A stretch of DNA of 36,230 bases from an uncultured Gammaproteobacteria bacterium (GCA_964590345.1 CAZPVP010000006.1:1-36230), one strand, 5' to 3'. Shown: positions 8,135 to 17,251, counted from the first letter of the stretch. Numbers and translations are program-made. The notes: generated by a model from the sequence alone, not told the origin.

Positions 8135-8848
8135 ATGCCCAAATTGGTTTTTGACATTGAAACCATCGGTGAGGACTGGGAAAGCATGGATGAAGCAACG
8201 CAAAAATCTTTAACATATTGGTTAAAAAAAGAAGCATATTCAGAAGAGGCTCATGAAGTGGCGTTAAAAAATATTAAAGATGGCCTTGGGTTCTCACCCT
8301 ATACCGGAGAGATTGTCGCTATTGGTGTGTTAGAAGTGGAGACAAACAAAGGAGCTGTTTATTTTCAAGCACCAGGAGCGGAGATAGAAGATTTTGAAGA
8401 AAACAACATTAAATATCGAGCTTTAACCGAAAAAGAGATGCTCTCCAATTTTTGGCAAGGCATTTTGGAATACGACGAATTTATTAGTTTTAACGGCAGG
8501 AGTTTTGATGTGCCTTTTTTAATTATTCGTTCAGCTATCCATGGAATAAAGCCAAGTAAAGACTTGATGTCCAACAGGTATTTGAACAATCAAAAATTTA
8601 ATGCTTTGCATGTTGATTTAATGGATCAGTTAAGCTTTTATGGCGCAGTGCAAAGAAAACCGAAACTCCATTTAGTTTGTCGGGCGTTTGGCATAAAAAG
8701 CCCCAAGGAGGATGGTGTTGACGGGGACGAAGTAAAACCATTATTTGAGGCGAAAGAATATAAAAAAATCGCGAAATATAATTTGGGGGATTTAAATGCA
8801 ACTAAAGAATTATATGAAAAATGGGATCAATTTATTAATATTAAATAA
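8135..8848 (+). CDS. DEDD(y) 3'-5' exonuclease, RNase H-like / PolB-exonuclease-related
   Basis: ExoI VFDIET, ExoII FNGRSFDVPFL, ExoIII YNLGD. Confidence 0.88.
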   Translation: MPKLVFDIETIGEDWESMDEATQKSLTYWLKKEAYSEEAHEVALKNIKDGLGFSPYTGEIVAIGVLEVETNKGAVYFQAPGAEIEDFEENNIKYRALTEKEMLSNFWQGILEYDEFISFNGRSFDVPFLIIRSAIHGIKPSKDLMSNRYLNNQKFNALHVDLMDQLSFYGAVQRKPKLHLVCRAFGIKSPKEDGVDGDEVKPLFEAKEYKKIAKYNLGDLNATKELYEKWDQFINIK

Positions 8849-8912
8849 ATTTAAAATTAAAAATTCAAAAGCGTAATTTGAAATTTAAAAATTAAATTTT
8901 TTAATTTAAGTT

Positions 8913-9809
8913 ATGTTGTGGCTGTATATAACAATTATTGCGTATTTACTTTTTGCCTTAGCTAATATTGGCGATAAGTTGGTCGTCAGCAAATTTAAGA
9001 CAAAGCCGATTGTCTTTGCTTTTTATGTTGGTTTTATGGGTATTGGGACATTAATTTTTGTTCCTTTTGGCGTTATAATGCCAGAATTAAGTCAAATTTT
9101 TTGGTCATTTTTAGGCGGTACAGCCTTTGTTATGGCTTTATTTTGTATGTATAAGGCAATTGATGCAGGTGAAACAACAAAAGCAATTACATTGTTGGGT
9201 AGCTCTAGCCCAATTTTTACTTTTTTTCTCTCATATTTATTTTTAGATGAACGTTTGAGCTTGAAACAGATAATAGCTTTTATTATTTTAGTTCTGGCTA
9301 TAATTACAATTTCTTGGCCACTAAAGAGCAAAAAAGAAAAAGTAAATAAAGGATTAATTTTTTGGGGGATTTTAGCTGGTTTAACATTTGCTGTTAGTTA
9401 TGTTTTGGCTAAATACGTTTATTTTTATCAGCCCTTTATTTCTGGTTTTGTTTGGATTAGAATCGGGGGTTTTTTAACAGCTGTTATAATTTTATTAATT
9501 CCAAGAAATAGAAAATTAATTAAAATTGATTGGCAAATGCCCAAAAAACAAAAAGGCATTTTGATTTTAGCCATTCAGGCTTTTGGCGGATTAGGCGTTA
9601 TTGGTCAAAATTATGCTTTTTCTCTTGCTAGTGCCACTTTGGTTAACGCTTTACAAGCAGTGCAGTACGCTTTAGTTTTTGTTTTGGCAAGCTTGCTGGG
9701 CTTTAAATACCCGGTTTTAAAAGAAAAGTTAAACTGGAAACAAGTTTTACAAAAAATTGCGGCTATAATTTTAATAGCCATTGGTTTATATTTTATAACT
9801 TTAAAATAA
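8913..9809 (+). CDS. EamA/DMT family transporter
   Basis: About 10 TM helices in two repeats; FLDERLS and LKEKLN loop motifs. Confidence 0.88.
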   Translation: MLWLYITIIAYLLFALANIGDKLVVSKFKTKPIVFAFYVGFMGIGTLIFVPFGVIMPELSQIFWSFLGGTAFVMALFCMYKAIDAGETTKAITLLGSSSPIFTFFLSYLFLDERLSLKQIIAFIILVLAIITISWPLKSKKEKVNKGLIFWGILAGLTFAVSYVLAKYVYFYQPFISGFVWIRIGGFLTAVIILLIPRNRKLIKIDWQMPKKQKGILILAIQAFGGLGVIGQNYAFSLASATLVNALQAVQYALVFVLASLLGFKYPVLKEKLNWKQVLQKIAAIILIAIGLYFITLK

Positions 9810-9813
9810 ATTT

Positions 9814-10827
9814 ATGGTTAAAGAAAAAAAGAGAAAAATATTAAAGATAATCGCATTTATTATTATTTTTTTTATCATTGCTTTTTTTATAAATTTTTAT
9901 GTATTAGCTATAAAAAGCTATGATCCCAATAGACAAATTGATTATGGCGTAACTTTTTCTCCTAAATTTGCTGAATATCTTGGTTTAGACTGGCAAGAAG
10001 CGTATTTAGCATTATTAGAGGATTTAGACGTAAAATATATTAGAATTCCGACTTATTGGGAAAAAATTGAGCCAATTAAAGGGCAATATGATTTTAAGCA
10101 AGTAGATTGGATGATTAATGAGGCAGAAAAAAATGATGCTAGAGTAATCTTGGTTATTGGTCGAAGACAGCCACGTTGGCCAGAGTGTCACGATCCTGTT
10201 TGGTTGGGATATATTAGTAAAGAAGAGCAGCGAAAAAGACTTTTGAAAAATATTGAGACAGTGGTAAATCGTTATAAGCAACGTAAAATAATTGAAATTT
10301 GGCAAATTGAAAATGAGCCGTTTTTAGATTTTTTTGGCGAATGTCCTCATATGACAAAGAAAGAGCTGCGAGAAGAGATCGATTTGGTTAAGTCTTTGGA
10401 TAAACGCAAAATTTTAATTACTGATTCAGGAGAATTAAGTTCTTGGTATCCGGCGATTAAAATGGGCGATTTGTTTGGCACAACTTTATATCGGATGACT
10501 TATAATAGATATATCGGTTATTGGCATTATTTTTTTGTACCAGCTTCTTTTTATAGAGTTAAAGCATATATTTGGCAAAAGCCCCAAGTGGCCACTTATA
10601 TTGCTGAATTACAAGCTGAGCCATGGTTCCCCGAAGGTCCTTTAGAATCACCCGTTAAAGAGCATTATAAGTCAATGAATGCCGAACAATTAAAAAAGAA
10701 CGCAGAATATGCTAATAAAACTAATTTTGAGCGAGCTTATTTTTGGGGAGCAGAATGGTGGTATTGGTTAAAAACAATGCATGAGGATGCGTCTGTTTGG
10801 GAAACGGCTAGACAATATTTTGAATAG
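9814..10827 (+). CDS. membrane-anchored clan GH-A glycoside hydrolase (GH5/GH42-like TIM barrel)
   Basis: N-terminal TM; IRIPTYWEKIEP..G.YDF; acid/base WQIENEP; putative nucleophile ELQAEPW. Confidence 0.8.
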   Translation: MVKEKKRKILKIIAFIIIFFIIAFFINFYVLAIKSYDPNRQIDYGVTFSPKFAEYLGLDWQEAYLALLEDLDVKYIRIPTYWEKIEPIKGQYDFKQVDWMINEAEKNDARVILVIGRRQPRWPECHDPVWLGYISKEEQRKRLLKNIETVVNRYKQRKIIEIWQIENEPFLDFFGECPHMTKKELREEIDLVKSLDKRKILITDSGELSSWYPAIKMGDLFGTTLYRMTYNRYIGYWHYFFVPASFYRVKAYIWQKPQVATYIAELQAEPWFPEGPLESPVKEHYKSMNAEQLKKNAEYANKTNFERAYFWGAEWWYWLKTMHEDASVWETARQYFE

Positions 10828-10891
10828 GATTGACATATTAACTTTTTTGAGTTAAAGTATTGTAATACTTAATAAAAAAAGGAGGTGGAGG

Positions 10892-11137
10892 ATGGTTTCT
10901 ATACGTAATATAGAAAAGTATTTAAACGATCATCCTGAATTATGGGCGATACGTGAATCAATCATGAAAAGAGCAAGGCAGTATGCCGAACCTAATAGTG
11001 GCATAATTTCTGGGGGGGCTGTTACTCGTTTTATTTTAGGTGAAATAGCTAAAGATTTTTTTAATGAAATCTTATCAGAGGATCTTCATCGGCAAATGTT
11101 TAATGAAGATGTCAAAAAGCTTACAAACTCTCCGTAA
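10892..11137 (+). CDS. hypothetical protein (orphan cassette)
   Basis: 81 aa; RBS aaggaggtggagg; TTGACA-N17-TAAAGT at 10830-10858; hairpin aaactctc/gagagttt plus T tract at 11125-11150. Confidence 0.75.
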   Translation: MVSIRNIEKYLNDHPELWAIRESIMKRARQYAEPNSGIISGGAVTRFILGEIAKDFFNEILSEDLHRQMFNEDVKKLTNSP

Positions 11138-11368
11138 AAAGAGAGTTTTTAAGTTCAAAAAACTTGATTTATGCACATTTTTAAATATTGGGCTATTGAC
11201 AAAACAATTAATAATTGATAAAAAGAAGATAGTAAAGAAAAAAATATGCAAAAGAAAAATAGTCTACAAATTAACACTGAAAGACATTACAGAAAGATAG
11301 TCAGCTGGCTAGGTTATTTTTTAGTATGTTTAAAAAGATAAAATTTCAAAATAGTTCAGATAGATAAT

Positions 11369-11400
11369 AAAAAATAGTCATAGCCAATGGCTATTTTTTA
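11369..11400 (+). terminator. terminator-like hairpin in the leader upstream of the peptide/M20 unit
   Basis: aaaaatagtcat-agcca-atggctattttt (one G-U pair) with a T tract. Confidence 0.6.
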
Positions 11401-11442
11401 TTTAAAAACTAGGCCGTGTTTAGGCCGGAAAGGAGGTAAATT

Positions 11443-11496
11443 ATGGACAGCATTGGTGGTCGGAGAACCGGCGGACACAAAGATGGTGGCTATTAA
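11443..11496 (+). CDS. 17-aa Gly-Gly repeat peptide MDSIGGRRTGGHKDGGY (unannotated)
   Basis: Perfect RBS aaggaggt 5 nt before the ATG; GC-rich codons; stop TAA 11494-11496; followed by a 14-bp hairpin. Confidence 0.6.
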   Translation: MDSIGGRRTGGHKDGGY

Positions 11497-11519
11497 AATT
11501 AGCCTAATAACCGGTAACC

Positions 11520-11551
11520 GCCGCGGCTGGCTCATTAGAGCCAGCCGCGGC
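11520..11551 (+). other. perfect 14-bp GC-rich stem-loop
   Basis: gccgcggctggctc-atta-gagccagccgcggc; T tract is not immediately adjacent. Confidence 0.85.
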
Positions 11552-11580
11552 ACAACCCTTTTAAATTTAATAATTTAAAT

Positions 11581-12672
11581 ATGAAAACCGAAAAAATATT
11601 AGAAAAATTAATCCGATTTAACACAGTTGAAGATAAAGAAAATCTAAAAATTAATAAATTTTTGGCTGACTTTTTAATGCCTTTGGACTTTAAAATCCAG
11701 CAGATTAAAGATAAAAGAACTGGCAGAGTTAATTTGTTAGCTAAATATAATCGGAATAAAAAAACATTTTTAACTTTTTCAGGGCATACTGATACTGTAC
11801 CGGCGAGCAAATTTTGGGCATGTGACCCTTTTAAATTAACGCAAAAAGGCCATAAGTTTTTTGGCTTGGGTACGACTAACATGAAAGGCGCGATTGCAGT
11901 AATTTTAGCTGTAGTTAAGCAGCTGGATTTAGGCAAATTGAAAAAAGGAATTAATTTGGTATTTACTTATGGCGAAGAAAAAGATTTAAGCGGTATTCAG
12001 AATTTTTTGAAAAAAGTTAAACTAAAAACCAAATATATTGTTTTGGCTGAAGATACCGGATTAAAACCTCGTGTTGCTTCAAAAGGAGCTTATGCGCTTA
12101 AAATAGAATTTATCGGCAAAGAAGCACATGGCTCAGAGGCAAATAAGGGAATTAACGCTATATTATTAGCTCAGGATTTTATAGTGCGGGTAAATAAATT
12201 ATTTGAGAAAATAAAGATTCAGAAAGATTCACTTTTTGAAATACCATTTGCAACCATAAATATAGCTAAAATTACAGGTGGCGATTTAATTAATCGTGTA
12301 CCAGCTTATTGTTGTTTAGAATTAGAATACAGAACTATTAACGAAAAACAAGGAATTAAAATATATCGGGCAATTTTGAAAATTTTGCGTTCAATGAAAT
12401 GTAAATTTAAAATTAGCTTGAATTTACAACTTCAGCCAATGATCACTAAAAATAAGAAATTTGTTAATGTTATTGCCACATTAACTCAAGCTAAAATTTA
12501 TGGTGGCAATGGGACAACTGAATGGTCGTTTTATAATAAATATGGTTATGAATGCATAATTTTAGGCCCAGGCAATGACAATGCGCATGAGCCGAACGAA
12601 TATATTACAAAAGAACAGTTAGATAGGGGTGTTGAAATTTATAAAAAAATAATTGAAAAATATTGTAAGTAA
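11581..12672 (+). CDS. M20 family metallopeptidase/deacylase (ArgE/DapE-like)
   Basis: SGHTDTV, GTTNMKG (canonical GxxDMKG), GEE, AHGS, GPG...AHEPNE. Confidence 0.9.
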   Translation: MKTEKILEKLIRFNTVEDKENLKINKFLADFLMPLDFKIQQIKDKRTGRVNLLAKYNRNKKTFLTFSGHTDTVPASKFWACDPFKLTQKGHKFFGLGTTNMKGAIAVILAVVKQLDLGKLKKGINLVFTYGEEKDLSGIQNFLKKVKLKTKYIVLAEDTGLKPRVASKGAYALKIEFIGKEAHGSEANKGINAILLAQDFIVRVNKLFEKIKIQKDSLFEIPFATINIAKITGGDLINRVPAYCCLELEYRTINEKQGIKIYRAILKILRSMKCKFKISLNLQLQPMITKNKKFVNVIATLTQAKIYGGNGTTEWSFYNKYGYECIILGPGNDNAHEPNEYITKEQLDRGVEIYKKIIEKYCK

Positions 12673-12678
12673 ATAAAA

Positions 12679-12720
12679 AGCGCCCCGCACCTTTTTGTTT
12701 GCAAAAAGGTGCGGGGCGCT
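12679..12720. repeat. 19-bp perfect inverted repeat (REP-like or bidirectional terminator) between convergent genes
   Basis: agcgccccgcacctttttg-tttg-caaaaaggtgcggggcgct. Confidence 0.8.
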
Positions 12721-12735
12721 AAGAGTATCTTTTTT

Positions 12736-15597
12736 TTAATCCAAAATATTTATTATTAAGGAAGAAGATTGGCTTTTTGTGCCGTCTTTTTCCGATATTT
12801 CAGCATAAATAGAATAATTGCCCGGTCCAGGAGAATTTTGCCAGGAAATGCTTAACAAATCATTGTTAAATTCTACAACTTCGCCAATTTGTCTGGGGAT
12901 ATTCTCTCCAGCCGGCAAGTAATAAAAAATTACCTTTTCTAATATTTTTGTCTTACTCAAAGAAAAATCAAGATTTAAAGGAAAATTAGAACTATAAAAT
13001 GAAGCATTTTGCCTTGGACTTAGCCAATTAACTTGCGGTGCAACCTTGGGCAATTTTAAATTTAATTCAATTTGTACTGAATTAGCATTATCAATGTCAT
13101 CATAAGCGGTTACTTTTAATTTGTGATAGCCATTGGCAACATCTAGGGCGTTAACCTTTAAATTAAAGGGGTGATTACGGCTAATGCCGACAACTTCTCC
13201 ATTTAATTCGTATTGTACCCGACTAATCCCTCTCAGTGCAGAAGCGTTGACTTCAAAAGTAATGGGATAATTTTCAATTGTTGCATTATTTTTTGGTGAA
13301 ATTAAAGTTATGGTTGGCATATTTTCAGGCACGTGCAAATCATCGTATTCTGTTGGTGGTTCTTCTCTGGTAAATTCTTCGCCTTTTTCTTCAGCTTGTT
13401 TTTTTAGCCAGTTTTCAATCGCTTCTTCCCAAGGTTTATACATGGGGTCTTCGGCTGGATTTTCCGGTGGCGGACCAGTCGGATCATTTTTATTTACATA
13501 ATGCAAGATACAATGATCTTGGCGATAGGTCTTTTTTTCAATATAAGATTCCGGAGTTAAAGGTGTAGCCAGTTTGCCAGAAGCCTTATCTATCTCTACT
13601 TCTACTTCACCGTTTATTTCGCCGCGCAAAACAGGATGTAAGTCCTCACTGATTGGTGCTGGATTTTTAAAATATTCAACAGGCGTATCTGTTAAAATTT
13701 TTCGCATATATTCATTCCAAACAGGAGCTGCAACACTGGCACCAGTTGCCGAGCCTTTCATGTCAGTGCCATCACTATTGCCAACCCAGACGCCAGTGAC
13801 AAAAGAAGGTGTATAGCCGATTGTCCAGGCATCATTATTGTCATTAGTAGTGCCAGTTTTGGCACAAACCGGACGATTAGGCAATGTTAAAGCAGAGCCA
13901 GCGCCAAAAGCCCAGGCTCGGGCGCTGTCATCAGATAAAACATTATTAATTTGCCTTGCGGTATTACTGCTTAAAACTTTGTGTTTTTTTTCTTGGAATT
14001 CTTCTAAAGTTTTACCATCTTTATCTTCAACTTTTAAAATTGGAGTTACTTCAGTCCGTTCGCCATCGCGGGCAAAGGCAGTAAAGGCACCGACATGATC
14101 AAGCAATTTAACTTCACAGCCGCCTAAAACTAAAGATAGGCCGCATTGACTCTTTTCATTAATAGTGGAATAACCCATTCGTTCCATTAAATCTTTAACA
14201 TTATTAATCCCAGCTAAATATAAGGTTTTAACAGCTGGAATGTTCAAAGATCCGCCAAGTGCTTTACGCATAGTGATAGGACCGCGTTCTTTTAAATCAT
14301 AATTTTTTGGTGTATAAGGTTTTGGTGTAGAAGGGAAAGTAGTTTCAACATCATATAAGACGGTTTCAGGAGTAAATCCTTTTTCAAAAGCAGCCGCATA
14401 AGCAACTGGCTTGCCAGAAGATCCAGGCTGTCGTGGCATGATTGTGACATTCACTTGGCCATCAATTTCCTCGTTATTAAAATCCATTGAACCAACCATG
14501 GCTAAAATTTCACCGGTTTTAGCATCAACCGAAGCCAAAGCAGCATTACTGGCGCCATATTCTTTTATTCTATCCTTAGCATTGTGTACGGCTTCTTCAG
14601 CGAATTCTTGTTTCTCTACATCTAATGTGGTGATTACTTTTAAGCCGCCTTGTTCCAAAACTTTTTCGCCCAATTTTTCAGCTAAAACTTCCCGGACATA
14701 AAAAACAAAATGCGGTGCTGTTATGCCAGTAATGTTTTCTTTTTTAAACTCTATTTTTTGCTTTTTGGCGGCTTCAGCCTCTTCTTTTGTGATATGACCA
14801 TCTTTAGCCATTTCGTCTAAAATCCAATGTTGACGCCAGTAAAGCTCATCAGTATGGGAACCATAAGGCGATAATCTGGTAGGTGCTTTTGGTAAAGCGG
14901 CTAAAATGGCGGCTTCTGCTAAGGTCACATCTTTAGCTGATTTGCCAAAAAAATAATTAGCCGCTGACTCAACGCCATAATTAACCGAGCCATAAGGGAT
15001 TTCATTAAAATACATTTTTAAAATTTGGTCTTTACTAAAGTTTTTTTCAATTTGATAAGCCAAAATCCATTCTTTGATTTTTCTGGAAATTTTTCTTTCA
15101 TTTGTTAAAATTGCATTTTTTACTAATTGTTGGGTTAAGGTGGAGCCTCCTCGGATACCTTTCCCGCGTAAAGGATCTATAATAACTGCTTGAAAAATAG
15201 AAAAAATATTAATACCATGATGTTCATAAAAGTGTTTGTCTTCGGCAGCTAAAGTCGCTTTTATGATGTAATTTGAAATTTCATCCAGTTCAACAATTGT
15301 TCTTTTTTCATCGCCATGAATTTCCCATAATATTGTTTCGCCAGTTCGATCATAAATTTTTGTTGATTCAGCTAAAATGCGATCAATTATTTTATCAGGA
15401 TTTGGTAAGTCTTTTGAATACCAAGCTAAAGCGCCAATAAAAAAAATTCCGCCTAGTAAAACGCCAATAATGCCTAAAACAATCAGCCAGGAAATTAATT
15501 TTTTAATTAATTTTTTTCTTTTTCTTTTTTTTCGTGTTTTAGGGCTGATTCTTTTTTTTATTTTTTTGCCACTTTTTTTTAAATGTTTAATGGGCAT
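12736..15597 (-). CDS. class A penicillin-binding protein (PBP1A family) with C-terminal Ig-like domains
   Basis: Transglycosylase AAEDKHFYEHHG, GGSTLTQQLVKN, RKIKE; transpeptidase SSGK, SLN, KTG; N-terminal TM; C-terminal ISP..N.../LKVTAYD Ig-like repeats. Confidence 0.95.
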   Translation of the reverse strand: MPIKHLKKSGKKIKKRISPKTRKKRKRKKLIKKLISWLIVLGIIGVLLGGIFFIGALAWYSKDLPNPDKIIDRILAESTKIYDRTGETILWEIHGDEKRTIVELDEISNYIIKATLAAEDKHFYEHHGINIFSIFQAVIIDPLRGKGIRGGSTLTQQLVKNAILTNERKISRKIKEWILAYQIEKNFSKDQILKMYFNEIPYGSVNYGVESAANYFFGKSAKDVTLAEAAILAALPKAPTRLSPYGSHTDELYWRQHWILDEMAKDGHITKEEAEAAKKQKIEFKKENITGITAPHFVFYVREVLAEKLGEKVLEQGGLKVITTLDVEKQEFAEEAVHNAKDRIKEYGASNAALASVDAKTGEILAMVGSMDFNNEEIDGQVNVTIMPRQPGSSGKPVAYAAAFEKGFTPETVLYDVETTFPSTPKPYTPKNYDLKERGPITMRKALGGSLNIPAVKTLYLAGINNVKDLMERMGYSTINEKSQCGLSLVLGGCEVKLLDHVGAFTAFARDGERTEVTPILKVEDKDGKTLEEFQEKKHKVLSSNTARQINNVLSDDSARAWAFGAGSALTLPNRPVCAKTGTTNDNNDAWTIGYTPSFVTGVWVGNSDGTDMKGSATGASVAAPVWNEYMRKILTDTPVEYFKNPAPISEDLHPVLRGEINGEVEVEIDKASGKLATPLTPESYIEKKTYRQDHCILHYVNKNDPTGPPPENPAEDPMYKPWEEAIENWLKKQAEEKGEEFTREEPPTEYDDLHVPENMPTITLISPKNNATIENYPITFEVNASALRGISRVQYELNGEVVGISRNHPFNLKVNALDVANGYHKLKVTAYDDIDNANSVQIELNLKLPKVAPQVNWLSPRQNASFYSSNFPLNLDFSLSKTKILEKVIFYYLPAGENIPRQIGEVVEFNNDLLSISWQNSPGPGNYSIYAEISEKDGTKSQSSSLIINILD

Positions 15598-15604
15598 AAT
15601 GGAT

Positions 15605-15735
15605 AAATTTTAAACTCTAAATCACAAATTCTAAACAAAATTTAAAATGCTTTGAATTTTATATAAACTTGGATTTTGCCAATCGTGGTTTCACCTTGAC
15701 GAAGACAAAGGTTGGTGCTTGGTTATTGTTATTTA
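15605..15735. repeat. degenerate heptamer-repeat inverted element
   Basis: aaactct-aaatcac-aaattct-aaacaaa on the left; ttggtgc-ttggtta-ttgttat on the right. Confidence 0.45.
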
Positions 15736-15768
15736 ATAAAGATAGTATAGCTTATTTAAAAAATTTTT

Positions 15769-16281
15769 TCAATTCTTAGTTTTTGTTTTTTCTATATAAT
15801 TTTTTGACTGCAGGTAAGTTAAGGCAACAGCTAAAGCGTCAGCAGCATCATCAGGCCTTGGTAATTGTTTAAGTTTTAAAATATTTTTGACCATTTGTTG
15901 CACTTGATTTTTATCAGCCTTGCCATACCCGCAGACCGCTTGTTTTATTTGTAAAGGCGTAAATTCATAAAGCGGTAATTTATTTAGAATTGCAGTTAAT
16001 AAAATCACGCCTCTGGCTTGGCCTACATTTAAAGCGGTTTTAACATTTTTACAAAAATAAAGCTGTTCAACAACAATAGCAAGAGGTTTGTGTTTTTTGA
16101 TTAATTTTGTTAAATCTTGGTGAATTTGCTTTAACCTTTCAGAAAAAGCTGTTTTGGCTGAAGTAGAAATAGTGCCAAAATCTATAACTTCTGCTTGGGG
16201 ATCTTTTTCTTTAATAAAAGCATAGCCGGTTGTAGCCACGCCTGGATCAATGCCGAGAATAATGAGGTTATTTTTGGGCAT
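15769..16281 (-). CDS. ruvC: crossover junction endodeoxyribonuclease RuvC
   Basis: ILGIDPG, VEQLYF, GQARGV, P.QIKQAV.GYGKADK.QV, PDDAADALA. Confidence 0.97.
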   Translation of the reverse strand: MPKNNLIILGIDPGVATTGYAFIKEKDPQAEVIDFGTISTSAKTAFSERLKQIHQDLTKLIKKHKPLAIVVEQLYFCKNVKTALNVGQARGVILLTAILNKLPLYEFTPLQIKQAVCGYGKADKNQVQQMVKNILKLKQLPRPDDAADALAVALTYLQSKNYIEKTKTKN

Positions 16282-16289
16282 GTTTAAAT

Positions 16290-17018
16290 TTATTCTTGTA
16301 AATTAGTATAATAATTTTCAACATCTTCTTCTCCGTCAAGCGCCTCAAAGAGCTTTTGATTTTTTTCTTTGAGATTTGGTTCAAGGTTTATTTTTTCCTT
16401 TGGCACATATTCAATTTCAGCATATTCAACATCAATGCTCAGACTTTCAATTCCTTTATTAACTTTTTGCAAATCTTCAATTTTAGTATAAATTACCCAG
16501 GAATTTTCCAGTTTATTAATATCTTGAGCACCTAAATCAATGATTTTTAGCTCTAATTCCGCTAAATTTTTGTTGCTTAATTTTTCTTTAGCGATTCTAA
16601 TTACGCCCTTTTGCTCAAATTGCCACATAACAGAATTCGGTCCGCTTAAAGAACCGCCATGTTTAGTCAAAATATTTTTAATTGTTTGAGCGGTTCGGTT
16701 TTTATTATCAGTCAAGCATTTTATAATTAAAGCAGTGCCGCCAGGGCCAAAACCTTCATAAGTTAATTCTTCGATTGCTTCGTCCTGCAATTCACCTGTG
16801 CCTCTTTTTATAGCTCTTTCAATATTATCTTTGGGCATGTTGGCGGCTTTTGCTTTTTCTGTGGCCAGGCGCAAATTAAAATTAGTGGTTGGATCACCAC
16901 CTTTTTCTTTAGCTGCCAATGTGATTGCTCTGGCTAATTTAGTAAATAAAGCAGCGCGTTTTGCATCAGCAGCACCTTTAGCACGCTTGATTGTTGACCA
17001 TTTAGAATGTCCGCTCAT
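16290..17018 (-). CDS. yebC: YebC/PmpR family protein
   Basis: MSGHSKWSTIKR, NMPKDNIERAI, YEGFGPGG, TDNKNRT; upstream of ruvC. Confidence 0.96.
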   Translation of the reverse strand: MSGHSKWSTIKRAKGAADAKRAALFTKLARAITLAAKEKGGDPTTNFNLRLATEKAKAANMPKDNIERAIKRGTGELQDEAIEELTYEGFGPGGTALIIKCLTDNKNRTAQTIKNILTKHGGSLSGPNSVMWQFEQKGVIRIAKEKLSNKNLAELELKIIDLGAQDINKLENSWVIYTKIEDLQKVNKGIESLSIDVEYAEIEYVPKEKINLEPNLKEKNQKLFEALDGEEDVENYYTNLQE

Positions 17019-17092
17019 ATAATTAGAAAGTTATTTAGATTTTACTAAATTTAAGTTAAAATTTCAAGTTGGTTCTTTTGTTATTGTTTTTA

Positions 17093-17137
17093 TTATCCAC
17101 AGAAGTCTATTGCCAATAAAATAAAAACTGTTATACT
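17093..17137 (+). promoter_or_regulatory. perfect DnaA box next to a sigma70-like promoter
   Basis: TTATCCACA 17093-17101; TTGCCA 17110-17115, 16-nt spacer, TGtTATACT ending at 17137. Confidence 0.55.
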
Positions 17138-17195
17138 AAAAACTAATAATACTTTAGGAGGCAAATATTAATTATTATAATTTAGATATGTTTAT

Positions 17196-17251
17196 AGCCC
17201 TGTTCGATTATTTTATTGCCATGCTTAATAAAATAATCAGCGGGGCTTTTA
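17196..17251 (+). terminator. long hairpin with T tract
   Basis: agccctgtt-c-gattattttatt / aataaaataatc-agcggggct followed by ttt. Confidence 0.6.

Noticed and set aside
11064-11300. 78-aa Lys-rich ORF
   Set aside because: Overlaps ORF 10892-11137 and crosses its terminator and the next promoter; composition reflects A-rich intergenic DNA
11387-11578. 63-aa ORF in the supplied track upstream of the M20 gene
   Set aside because: Starts inside a terminator stem, has no RBS and reads through the GC hairpin; the strong SD is positioned for the 17-aa ORF in another frame
13310-15613. Five plus-strand ORFs within pbp1A
   Set aside because: Antisense shadow frames of a well-supported gene
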